Assembly: GCF_004010195.1 (NCBI RefSeq)
Contig: NC_057711.1
Span: 19,306,980-19,370,979 of the forward strand
Length of the DNA: 64,000 nt
Direction: 5' to 3'
Source of the DNA: Chiloscyllium plagiosum
Lineage: Eukaryota
Each line of letters starts with the position of its first letter. Positions within the stretch are counted from its first letter, which is position 1. The notes beneath the pieces were generated by a model. The model had not been told where the DNA came from, did not search any database, and worked only from the letters and a program-made list of their open reading frames with translations. Below are positions 25,191 to 36,714 of the stretch, in pieces. Both the position numbers and the translations under genes were made by a program.

Positions 25191-27269
25191 ATTCCATTTT
25201 GATTGCTGACAGGGAAGATTCAGCTCAGTGTGAATGATTTCACAAGAAGAAAGTTGTATATATCTTAGTAAAATCCATTTTCTATCAAAACAATAGTAAG
25301 TAATAAAGACGATTACAAAATAGCTTTCAAAATAAAATTGTTCACTTGTCATTTAAGAATGGTTAATATTGGAATGAATATCTAGGTAGGATGATGAAAA
25401 CATTTTTTGAGTCTTTTAAAACGTTTTGGATTCTGTAATGGTAGTTCTACATATATTTCTAGATTAACGACCTTAGTGAAACTAGGTGTATAGGCCTTCC
25501 CAGACCATAATCATTCTTTTGATCTCTTCTGTTCTCTCTCTCTCTCTCTTTCACTGTCACTTTCATGTTGACTTGACTTTGAATTTAGTTTAATCAACTA
25601 CATGGCAGTAGTGACCACGTTTTGAATTATTCTTTCATATATAGGTTGTTTTGTGTGATAGCTATGTGACATATGGCACTACATTAACTCTTTTCTACTT
25701 TTTCTAAGATTTTATACTGGCCTTAAAGACTCTTACTTCTAAAGTTGTTCAAATATGCCTATTATAACAATAAAAAATCAAAACACACAAATTAAGGGAA
25801 GTATTTTGAAAAAAAAGAACACTTCATATGTAGTCAGAGGGTAATTTTATTTGAAAAATATCTGTCTTTATTATCCATTGTGGGGTTAGGCAAAGTATAG
25901 AATGATATCAAATTTATTGTCTCAAAATGAAAATAGATCATTATCATTTTCTTGAAGGCAATTAGGGATGGATAGCAAGTGCTGTTCCAGCCAACGATGC
26001 ACAAATCCCATTAATAAATTTTGAAAATTAGATGACAAGCACTAATTGACACGTCCACATGTAATGTGATAAATCTGATTGGGTTCTCAATTTCAAAATC
26101 AGGAAAGACTGTTAGGATTATGGAAACCTAGTAGTCTGACATCATGATTAGTGAACTGATCTACAATGTTCAAAGGATGAATTTTGTTCTGTTACAAAAT
26201 GTTATAGTGCCCAGAAACAATAGGCAGCAATTCGTTACATCAGGTAAAAATAATGTTGCTATGGTGCTTGTATGAGCATGACAAAAATTTGCCTGAATGA
26301 TTGAGAGTAACAACATTAATTAGATGGTTTATTCTTCATAATCTTCAGAAGATTATTACATGGAGTCAGCTTTTTCTTACATTCCCTGACAAACTACTTC
26401 CTAATTTGTTGAGTGGCTGTCTCAGGGTGTCAAGTAATGCAGAAGAAATTGGAGGAAGCAATACAATCAGTAGAACGTATTTTAAGGTGACACACAAAAG
26501 CTGCAGATTCACCAAATTTTTGTCCTTAATGATTTTGTCATAATTGCCTCCTTCCTCAGGCAGGTCTATCTATTTATCTTAATTATAACAATTAATAGCT
26601 CCAGTGTTGACAATTTTTTGGATGAAGTTTCATGGGTAATGTATATGCTACAATATTTGCAAATTCCATGCTTTATCTTGAAATGTTCAATATAATATCT
26701 TAGTATTCTTCAACATATAAATATGCAACATGAAAATAAGCAAATTCCTGACTGCATTTTAATTTATTCTGAAACCACACTTATCCATAGTTCACTCACT
26801 GCACAACTATTCCTAAAATAATAATCTGAACTGTTCAATTCTTGTCATTCTATGTTCAGCTTTTTGATGGGCTGCACGCTACATGTACAGGGTTTAGCTA
26901 TACTTATGCAAATACAAAAGCTTTGTGTTTATACTGCTTTGTGTTTATCTCACTTTTAAGAATTGTACATATTTTTAAAGAAAGGTGCATTTAAAATGGT
27001 CAGGCATTTGCACATGAGAAGACCCAATTAATATAATTGACTAATATGAGTCCCTAGTTTTTGACTGACAAAAAAGGAGTAGGTACATTGGGGAAAGCAT
27101 CAGATAGTTAAGAGACTTCATTAGGAACATGTAAAGGTCAAAGCATCCATGGGGGCGCCTAAAACACCAAGCAACCCATCCAACCAAATCTTCAAGCACA
27201 CAACCTGTGGCAGAGTCTGCAGATCATGCATTGGGCTTAGAACCCATTCAACTGGAGCGGAAACAATTC

Positions 27270-27530
27270 AAGTTTGTGTACAGCAAGCTCCCATGAGTAG
27301 GACGTGATGATGACCAAGCAATTGCTTGTGCAGTTATGATTGAACGATAAAAATTGTCCACGATATTTGCAGGAACTTGCTTGCTCTTCTTCCAATTACT
27401 GCCAAATGAACTTTAACATCTCCTCCAAAAGCCAGCATTTGCAACAATGCTGCTCCCCCTCAATTCTCTGTGAAAGTAGCAGCCTAGATTGTGCATTCAT
27501 GTGACTGAATGCAAACCCTTCTGCCTCAGA
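27270..27530 (-). mobile_element. Deu-domain SINE remnant
   Basis: acagcaagctccca..gatgacca..ttgctcttcttc resembles the reverse complement of the DeuSINE core. Confidence 0.5.
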
Positions 27531-27536
27531 GACTGG

Positions 27537-28339
27537 AACATGAAAGCATGGATGCAAATCACTAAATTCTTTGAAATTTCTAAATCCCTATGCAATTAAC
27601 ATGTTTCAGCAGAGGACCACGACTCTGTAATTATAATACAATTTACTATTTAAGGAGAGGAAGAGGGTTAAGAGTTTGTGAGGATAACTTTCCCACCTTC
27701 AAGTATTGTGTGATCATCAAGAATTATTTGAACAGGACTCCTATCAAAAAAAGATCCCTCAATTGTGAGCTCAAATTCCTGGTGCAGGAATTAAATCCAC
27801 AGTCTTGGAGTTCAGTGGACAGAGTGCTAAAAGCTACATCAATCTCTTGTAACTGTGTATGATAAAAGCTTTATTTGATGCAGTGCCTGGCATCATTTGC
27901 ACAACATATCTGATGCCTCATACTGTCACCATACTTCTAGCATAGACAAAATAAATATTTGTTGACACAACATCAGTTATATCCTGTCTCCTCCAGTGCA
28001 GTAGAAGAGAATATTATTCTATTTTCTGTCAGTTTGTGTTTAACCAGGTATATCCAGCAAAGGAACAAAAATCTATTATACCCTGATAAACATCAAACTA
28101 GGCGCTATTATTTGCATTGTTGAAACATCCTGAATTATCAGGATTAGCTAATTTATTGATAATGGTTTTCTTTTAAATGGATTCATCTCTTACATGAATT
28201 GAGGAACCAAATGGATTGTCCTATTGTATATAATTCTTCAAAGCAAGGTTAGAATGATATAGAAACATAAAAGCATGGAAGTCAGTAACCAAATTCTTTG
28301 AAATTTCTAACTCCTGATGCAATTAACATGTTCAGCAGA
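27537..28339 (+). repeat. Imperfect direct repeat of about 76 bp (27537-27613 and 28264-28339)
   Basis: Both copies read aacat.aaagcatgga..aaattctttgaaatttctaa..atgcaattaacatgtt.cagcaga. Confidence 0.8.
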
Positions 28340-28959
28340 ATGCAAAGGGATGTTTTATATAGAAGAATACTAGGTCTCAGTAAATATAAAGTAGCTGTCT
28401 TTACTAATTTCAATATCCTATCATTGTCTGACAAGGGTGCGTAATACTACCTTTAGTAAACCTTTAGTATACTTCAAAATAATTGTTAGATTTTAAAATG
28501 TTGGAATCTCTAAGTTAAAAGGTGAAAACTGTGCTCCTCAGAAAAAAGAAGTGAAAAAAAGAAGGGATTCACTTGAAGTGCTCACATTTATGAGGAGCTG
28601 AGAAAGAGTGAGAATAATGCTGGTCCAGCCAGCGGTGTGTAAGTCCAATGAATCAATAAAAGAAGCCTCCCTGTCAAGGATAACCTCCAGTCTCTGAAAC
28701 ACACATTAATCAGCTTTATGTTGAAGGGATGATTGTTTACCCATTGTCAATCTTTTATTTGAATACGACTACACAGTGACCACAGCACAAGTACCCACAT
28801 TGTTAGCAAGGATACAGGGGCCCATCTCTCTTTTTACCTGTCATTTCACTTTGTGATAATATATTGGTTTACCTCATGCTGATGGCCAGTTGTGCACCTT
28901 AATTAGACACGTACAAAGTTAAAAAGGCATTTAAACTGATCCAGGAATTTTGCTTTTCA

Positions 28960-29320
28960 TTGTTCACAAGCCGTGAGTGTCACTGGCTAGGCCAGTATTT
29001 ATTGTTCATTGCCACATGCCAAGAGGATAGTTAAGAGGCAATCACATTGCTGTGGGTCTGGAGTCACATTTAGGCTGGTCCAAGTAAGGATAATAGATTT
29101 CCTTCTTAAAGGACATTAGTGAATCAAATGGGTTTTTTTTTTACAACAAATGACAATGTTTCCATGCGCACCATAAGGACAGCTTTGTATTCCAGATGTT
29201 ATTGAATTCAAATGTCATCTTCTCCAATGATGGGCTTGAAACATGTGTCCCCAAATCATGAGCTAGAGGTTCTGAATTGTTCATCTAATGACATTCCCAC
29301 TAAGCTATCACATCCCCTTA
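28960..29320 (-). mobile_element. Ancient SINE family copy
   Basis: cacattgctgtgggtctggagtcaca..aaggacattagtgaa..atggg. The same core occurs at 29710-30000, 38970-39250 and 60430-60740. Confidence 0.7.
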
Positions 29321-29709
29321 AATATCAACTTGGAAGCCTGAATCACAAAATGTTGACATTTCTCAAGACTTCTTGCTTTTTTTCAAGAGAGAAGAGAATC
29401 AACTTTTTTGCCAACATTTGCCTACTAACTCTATAAATATTCCACCAAATTCTGAAAAATGCTGTTTTTCTTACGCTAGAGGGGACAGAATTGAGCTAAT
29501 TGCAAAAGGAATCAGAGATGAAGAAATTTTTTTGAATGCTGCCTGTTGTTATGGTATAGAGTACACTTTGAAATCATAGTGGAAGAAAATTCAATCATAA
29601 TTATCAAAAGCAAATTGAATAAATGTTTGAAGTGAAAAAAATTGTTGTGTTACAGGAAAAGATCAGGAAAATGGGACTAATCTGCAAGCCTTTAAAATAA
29701 ATAATCCAC

Positions 29710-30000
29710 TGTCTAGGCCAACATTTATTGTCCATCCCACAGAGTGATTAAGAGTCAATGACATTGCTGTGGGTGTGGAGTTACGTGTAGGCCAGACCAG
29801 GTAAGGATGGCAGTTTCCCTCCTGAAAGGGCATTAGTGAACCAGATGGGTTTTCCCCAACAATCAACAATTGTTTCATAGTCATTATCAGACTCTTAATT
29901 TCAGATTTAGTTTTTGAACTCAAATTCCACCATCTGACTCAGAACATTACCTGGGTCTCTGGATTAACAGCCCAGTGATAAAAACACTAAACCATCACCT
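29710..30000 (-). mobile_element. Ancient SINE family copy
   Basis: Same core as 28960-29320. Confidence 0.7.
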
Positions 30001-30029
30001 TACCATATGTATGTTAATAGTGGGAAAAT

Positions 30030-30490
30030 TCAGCAGTGTTAATGCCTATAAGTTTCAAGAAAGGATGGTTCGATTCTCCCTTTTTGGAAATGATCTTTAC
30101 CTTGCACTTGTCTGATATGAATCAAAGTTACTAACTCTCAACCCAAGCCTGGATATTGTCCAGGTCTTGCTGAATATGGATGCAGACTGCCTCAATATTT
30201 GACAAGTCATGAATAGTGCTGGAATTTGTATAGTTATCAGCAAATGTCATGACTTCTGACCTTATGATGGAGAAAAAGACACTGATGAAGCAGCAAAAGA
30301 TGGTTGGGCCTTGGTCACTAACCTGGGTAACTCTTGCAATGATGTCCTTGGGCTGGGATGACTGACCCCCGACAACCACAACCATCTTTCTTTCTGGGAG
30401 GTATGAGTCTAACAATCAAGTTTTGTTTTCTTCTGAATCTCATTGGCTATTGTTATGCAAGTGCTCCTTGGGCACACACTCAGTCAAAGC
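30030..30490 (-). mobile_element. Ancient LINE RT fragment
   Basis: ORF 30131-30415 reads VVVVGGQSS..VTQVSDQGPTIF..FADN..QQDLDNIQAW, i.e. RT motifs 4-6. Confidence 0.75.
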
Positions 30491-30679
30491 TGCCATAATG
30501 GGGAGATTGCTTAGCTCAGTTGGCTGGACAACTGATTTGTAATACAGAGTAATGCCAACAGTATAGGTTTCATTCCTGCATGAGCTGATACCCCCATGAA
30601 GGCACCTCCACTTGCTTGGTGCACTGACCTTCAGGTTAAACTACTGCCAGTCAAATCTCTCACACTGTCAAGGTTCAAT

Positions 30680-31605
30680 AGGACTATGGAAATTTTATGT
30701 CTTTTTCCCAGCACAGAAATATCAAATATTAGGGGGAATAGGTTTAAGACAAAAAGGAAAGTATTTAAAAGAGACGTGTGAAGAAAGTTTTTTTATGCAG
30801 AGTGTGGTAGGTACCTGGAACACACTGCCAGGAAAGGTGTAGAAGCAGAGGCTATGTCAACATTTGAGAAGGACTGAGATAGACACATGAACAGGCAGGG
30901 AATAGGGAGATACAGACCATAGAAACATAGAAAAAATACAACGCAGTACAGGCCCTTTGGCCCTCGATGTTGCATCAATCCAAGCCCACCTAACCCACAC
31001 TAGCCCACTATCCTCCATATGCCTATCCAATGCCCGTTTAAATGCCCATAAAGAGGGAGAGTCCACCACTGCTACTGGCAGGGCATTCCATGAACTCACG
31101 ACTCGCTGAGTAAAGAATCTACCCCTAACATCTGTCCTATACCTACCACCCCTTAATTTAAAGCTATGCCCCCTCGTAATAGCTGACTCCATACGTGGAA
31201 AAAGGTTCTCATGGTCAACCCTATCTAAACCTCTAATCATCTTGTACACCTCTATCAAGTCACCCCTAAACCTTCTTTTCTCCAATGAAAACAGCCCCAA
31301 GTGCCTCAACCTTTCCTCATACGATCTTCCTACCATACCAGGCAACATCCTGGTAAACCTCCTCTGCACCCGTTCCAGTGCCTTCACATCCTTTCTATAG
31401 TATGGCAACCAAAACTGCACACAATACTCCAGATGCGGCCACACCAGAGTCTTATACAACTGCAACATGACCTCAGGACTCTGGAACTCAATTCCTCTAC
31501 CAATAAAAACCATGTACAGGCAGGTGGGATTAATTTAGAAGATTGGTACAGACATGATGGGCCAAAGGGCCTGATACAGTGCTCTACTGTCCTATGTTCT
31601 ATGAT
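30680..31605 (+). mobile_element. Older CR1 3' end split by a nested CR1
   Basis: Host is continuous across 30920/31509 (ggagatacagaccat..accatgtacaggcagg). Confidence 0.75.
30921..31508 (-). mobile_element. Young 5'-truncated CR1 (open C-terminal ORF2)
   Basis: ORF 30857-31513 (PHLEYCVQFW, LERVQRRFTRM, FFTQRVVSSWNALP). Candidate TSD accat at 30916-30920 and 31509-31513. Confidence 0.92.
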
Positions 31606-32596
31606 GTCAAAGCAGTCATTCTGACTTTCCCTTTTATATCTAACGTTTCTGTCCATGAATGGACCAAAGTTATAACAAGGTCAGGAACAGGAAAACAACT
31701 TGAGCATCAGTGAAGAGGTTGTTGTTCAGTAAGTGCACTTGATAGCACAGTCAAAAGCACCTTCATCATTTGCTGGTAGCTGAGATTGAACTAATGTGGC
31801 AGTAATTGGCTGGGTTCAATTTCTCCCTTTTTTGGGGGGACAGAACATGCCTGGATAAGTTTCCACATTTCTGGCTAGATGTCACTGTTGTAACTGTGCA
31901 GGGCCAGTTTGGCTAGGCATGTGACAGGTTCTATAGCATAGGTTTTTGGTACTATTCCCAGAATATCATCAGGGTCCATAGACGTTTCAGACTTCAGTTG
32001 TTTGATATCATGTGGAATGAATTGAATTGGTTAAAGACCAAGTACCTTGGGAGGAGGCCAAAATGTATCTTTCACTTGACAGTTTTTTCAACAAGAAAAC
32101 AATTGAAGGAGGAATGAGAAATGTGTCAATTATTGCAAATATTTCACTTTCCATCTCTGTTTTACCCATTGCGAACGATTCTGTTTTTTTCACCATGGGT
32201 TTGTGACTTTACAAAAATTGTGGCACAATACCAATCCAATTAATATTGTGGCAAGTGGTTTTGATAGGCACTGAAGTGCCACATTGTCCCCACTCCACTC
32301 ATTCATTGCACAGAATTTACAGAACAGAGCAAACCTTCTGGCTCAGTTAATCTATGTTAGCATTTCTGCTGAACATGAGACTCCTCCCATTCCTCTTCAT
32401 TTTCCATCTCCTTTTCCTTTCTTCATCACCTGGCTCTCCCTTAAATCCTTCAAAATTATTTGCCTCAATCAGTTGTTGACAGCACTTTCCCTATTCATGC
32501 CATCATACAGCTAAAAAAATTCTCCTGAAATCCTAACTGGATTTAATTCACCAGTTTATTCTTAGAAGACAGTTGGTCCATTATATGGTTAGGAAA

Positions 32597-32797
32597 TACC
32601 GGTGTTGGACTGGGGTGTACAAACTTAAAAATTACACAACACCAGGTTATAGTCCAACAGGTTTAATTGGAAGCACACTAGCTTTCGGAGCGACGCTCCT
32701 TCATTAGGATCACCTGATGAAGGAGCATCACTCCGAAAGGTAGTGTGCTTCCAATTAAACCTGTTGGACTATAATCTGGTGTTGTGTGATTTTTAAC
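32597..32797 (-). mobile_element. PLE family B palindrome inserted in a CR1 3' end
   Basis: TSD atggttaggaaa at 32585-32596 and 32798-32809. Tail on the left, with arms mirrored around about 32709. Confidence 0.9.
32711..32745 (+). ncRNA. Minimal hammerhead ribozyme motif, family B
   Basis: cac CTGATGA a GGAG catca CTCC GAAA gg TA gtg. The opposite arm gives the family form gaaagCTAgtg but has ctaatga in the core. Confidence 0.6.
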
Positions 32798-33026
32798 ATG
32801 GTTAGGAAAGGTTTCGAGGGTATAGACAAAATGCAGGCAAATCGGACTACTTCAATTGAGAAAATCTAGTTGTTATGAGTTGGACTGAAGGGTCTGTTTC
32901 CGTACTGTATGACTCTATGACTCTATAACACAAGTAGATTTTTTTTTCTACATGTAGAACTTTGCAGTCACCATGAGTTCATATAATTTTAACAATCCCA
33001 AACTCTCTTTCCATTCACAAAAGTTT

Positions 33027-33242
33027 TAGAACATAGAACATAGAACATAGAAGAATACAGCGCAGTACAGGCCCTTCGGCCCTCGATGTTGTGCCGATCC
33101 AAGCCCACCTAACCTACACTAGCCCACTATCCTCCATATGCCTATCCAATGCCCGCTTAAATGCCCATAATGAGGGAGAGTCGGTGTGGACTTGTTGGGC
33201 CGAAGGGCCTGTTTTCACACTGTAATCTAATCTAATCTAATC
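33027..33242. mobile_element. Chimera: CR1 3' end (-) fused to HE1-like SINE 3' end (+)
   Basis: 33027-33182 matches the CR1 at 30921 and has a (tagaaca)n tail. 33180-33242 matches the SINE end at about 3847-3915 and has a (taatc)n tail. Confidence 0.85.
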
Positions 33243-34826
33243 AAAGGAACAAGATGGAAAGATTTCATCTCAGGCATTTTTACACAGCTTGGATATTTCA
33301 AGTGGTCAATAATGGAAATTTTTAACCCAAAGACGTGATTTCAAGCGTTCCATCCGATTATAGTTTCTTTCCTAAATATTTTGATTTGAAGTATTTTTTA
33401 TGGATTTTTACCAACGCTGAAACTTCACAGTTAAGGGCATATAGTTTTAGACTCAAGAATTTCTCTTGCTAAAATTAATTGTTTGTTGGAGGGAAAATTA
33501 GCATTCTTTCACTCCCTGGCACCTCCTATTTGCTACTTGAGTAACCATTTGAAAAAAAGGTGTTAACTGAACTCAGACTCTTCACCAAAATGTAAAGTTC
33601 AAAAATAAGGTTTATCTTAGTCACATATTAAACAATGAAAAAAGACATTAAACTGGTTGGTTTATGAGTTACTTGCATGATTTTTTTCACTTTGCTGTCA
33701 AGGGTGCAGTTATTACAATGTAGCAACTTGCAAATAAAAATACAGAATTCAGAGGTTGAAAGCTGAGTTGCACGAAAAAGTATTTATCACTTTAAACAGA
33801 CACAACTTCTGATACTGCACGTGCACATATGTAGAAAGTGCTCCCTCTGGTATTATAAATACATATTATATTACAAATAGAAGCAGCCCAATTTAAATTT
33901 CAATGCAAATCCAGCACTATTGGGAGGTTATTAGTCTACGTGCTTCGTAGTGGATTGTTTTTGTGTCCATTTTAAATTCTGTAAATGCTTCAGAAAAAAG
34001 TTGTTTGTCTATTTCGCTTTAAAAGGGAGAACAAGGAAAGTTTTATGTTTCTTATAATTAAAGAGGCGTGCCAATGTGGACTATGGCAGTAAAATATATG
34101 TGTAGTTAGTATGCACACGTTTTGTTGAAAGTGTGACAGTGTATGACAGAGACCTATTTCTTTATACGAACAAACAGAAATGTTTCTCTCTATCCTTTAT
34201 TGTGAATTTATTCCAGTTTTGGTCATCACTGGCCTATGATATACAGGAGTCATAGACTGGATCTTAACAGAATGAGTAACCAAATATACATTATCCAACT
34301 CAGAAGTTGTTATTATATAGTACAGAAATGCAACATAAGGCATTATTTCAGGAAAAGCACAAAAGGCAGCAGTTCTTTAAATAACTCAACATACAGAAAA
34401 CTGAAATAGCAGATCCTGGAGGACAGCAGAAATGCAAAGACGATGACAACATATTTAGTTCTTACATAAGCTTTCACTATTGTCCATTATGTTGATTTGT
34501 TTTATTATAATGCCTCAGCTTTCTTACTGCCCCATTTGTTTGCTGTTTATACTTTCCACATTCTTCACAGGTTTTTTTGCAGCATACCATTGTAGTTACA
34601 AAATGTCTCTTTGAAAAACCCAATTTTATTTATGCCAAATGAGACTGCCATTGTTAATAGCGTAATGGTTTTCCTGGCTTTTAATAAGGAAATCAGCCTG
34701 TAAATCCGGAAGATTAAAATATGTGTCATTAAGTGTAAACTCTTGAATTTGTTTGTCAATTTACATCACTTAGTCACTTGTTCCACATGAATAGTAGCTT
34801 GCCCTTTGACCTTACCTTTTCGTTAG

Positions 34827-34892
34827 GATGGGCAGAATATGTTTGGCATCTTCTCTGAAGAGAACAGCTCATATCTCGTGGTATTTACTACA
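34827..34892 (+). CDS. Candidate 66-bp internal exon of an unidentified gene
   Basis: Acceptor ccttaccttttcgttag, donor gtatgt, length divisible by 3, open in two frames (MGRICLASSLKRTAHISWYLL or DGQNMFGIFSEENSSYLVVFTT). Confidence 0.25.
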
Positions 34893-35057
34893 GTATGTAA
34901 CCCTGATTAAGGATTGTTTGGGATAGTTCAGTACCATTAACTCTCCTTTGTTTTGGCTTTATCTTAGGTCTGTCTAGTTCTTACAAGTGCATCTTTTCCT
35001 TTAGAAAGCTTTAGTCAAATTCAATTTATTGCCTTTTTTCTGTTTGAACAGAAAATA

Positions 35058-35398
35058 GGGATGGCACAGTGGCTCAATGGTTAGCACTGCTGCCTCACAG
35101 CACCAGGGAGGGACCTGGGTTCAATTCCTCCCTTTGGCGACTGTCTGTGTGGAATTTGCACATTCTGCTCGTATCTGCATGGATTTCCTTCAGATGGTCC
35201 AGTTTCCTCCCACAGTCAAACGATGCACCGACCAGGTGGATTGGCCATGTTAAATTCCTCATCGTACTTAGGGAGTGTAGGCTTGGCTGGTTAGCCATAG
35301 GAAATACAACGAGACAGGGATAGAGTGGAATGTTCTTTGCAGGGTTGGTGTGGACCTGATGGGCTGAAAGGCCTGTTTCCACACTGTAGGGATTCTAT
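35058..35398 (+). mobile_element. HE1-like SINE
   Basis: A box tggctcaatgg, B box ggttcaattcc, 3' end ggcctgtttccacactgtagggattcta. Confidence 0.88.
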
Positions 35399-36714
35399 TA
35401 AAAAAAATTCCTTGTCTCCACCCACAGAATTTGATGTGATATTGGCAGGATGGGTGTAGCCAATATAACATGAATTTTAACCCCTGCAGAAACATTGCCT
35501 CATACAACATACACACTAACTGGGGAGGTTCACAGATAAATTTGTCATAAAAAGTAAGTACCAGAACATGAAAGCATTTTGTATCTGATAATTGTAATTG
35601 TGATTCTACTTAGCTTTTGTTCAGAAAATTGTTGAATTTAATTCATGTTTTGTGTCAATGTTGAGATTTTTTAAAAATATTGAAGCTTAATATAATGCAC
35701 TTTTCTTACTTTTCCATTCTGTCATTGATTTCCACACTCCACTAGCCCCTGTCTGAGAGTTACCTATCTTTTCCACCTTTGACTTCTCACGTACAACCCT
35801 CTTTTTCAATATTCCTGTTTCTTTTTATAATCAGTAAGTCTCATTAATTATTGGATTAAACTAGTGCTCCAATGTTTGCTAATCTCCAAACTACAATGGT
35901 ACTTTCAGCACATCTATTAGCTTGTGCTTATGACATGGCACAAGTTTTTCTCAAGCTATATGGATTTTAATTAAACAATCTAAATGACAGTGTATACTGT
36001 TATATGCTATTCCCCATTAAGATGTGGTCCAGTATTTAAATTTTCCACTGGATCACCACCTTTACTCCAAGCCAATAAATTAAGCCAATGCTTTAGCTAC
36101 CTTTTAGTTAACAATCAATGATTACTTGCATTTTAAGTGCTATGTAAAGCTAGGGGTAATGGTGATCAAATTGCAATATAGTTTGTCCTAGTCACCAATC
36201 GATCCTGTTACATGACCTATGGACAGAGTTTCAGTTGCAGCTGCTGGAAATCTTTGTTCAAGTAATTAAAAAAAATCTGGAATTGAAAACTATTATCAGT
36301 AATGGCAATCATGAAACATTCCTCAAATTTTGTAAAATCTCATTTGATTCCCTGATGTCCATTCAGACAAAAAAAAACTGTTGTTCCCCAAAATTCCTCA
36401 AAACAAACCTCCCTGACAAGTACAGCCTCCTGCTTCTAAATTAATTAACTTTATATTGAGTAGATTATTCTTTACCTGATGTTAGTGTCTTGTTTAAATA
36501 GGTCTGACCAATGACCACAGTACAACTATTCAAGGTGTTAGCAAAGGCTGCTGGATGGGGAAACATAGGCCATCTCTCTCTCTCTTTCTCTCTTTCTTTG
36601 GCCATCACTTTACTTTGAGGTCATATTTTGATCTACCCATACTGAGGACAATTTGTGGGCCTTAATTCGACACATGTAAAGTTAAAAGAGTACTGATCAA
36701 CTGAGGAATTTTAT

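Noticed and set aside
30857-31513. 218-aa ORF as a domesticated gene
   Set aside because: It is a CR1 ORF2 C-terminus whose stop codon has mutated (TAG retained in the sister copy near 33113), reading into flanking DNA.
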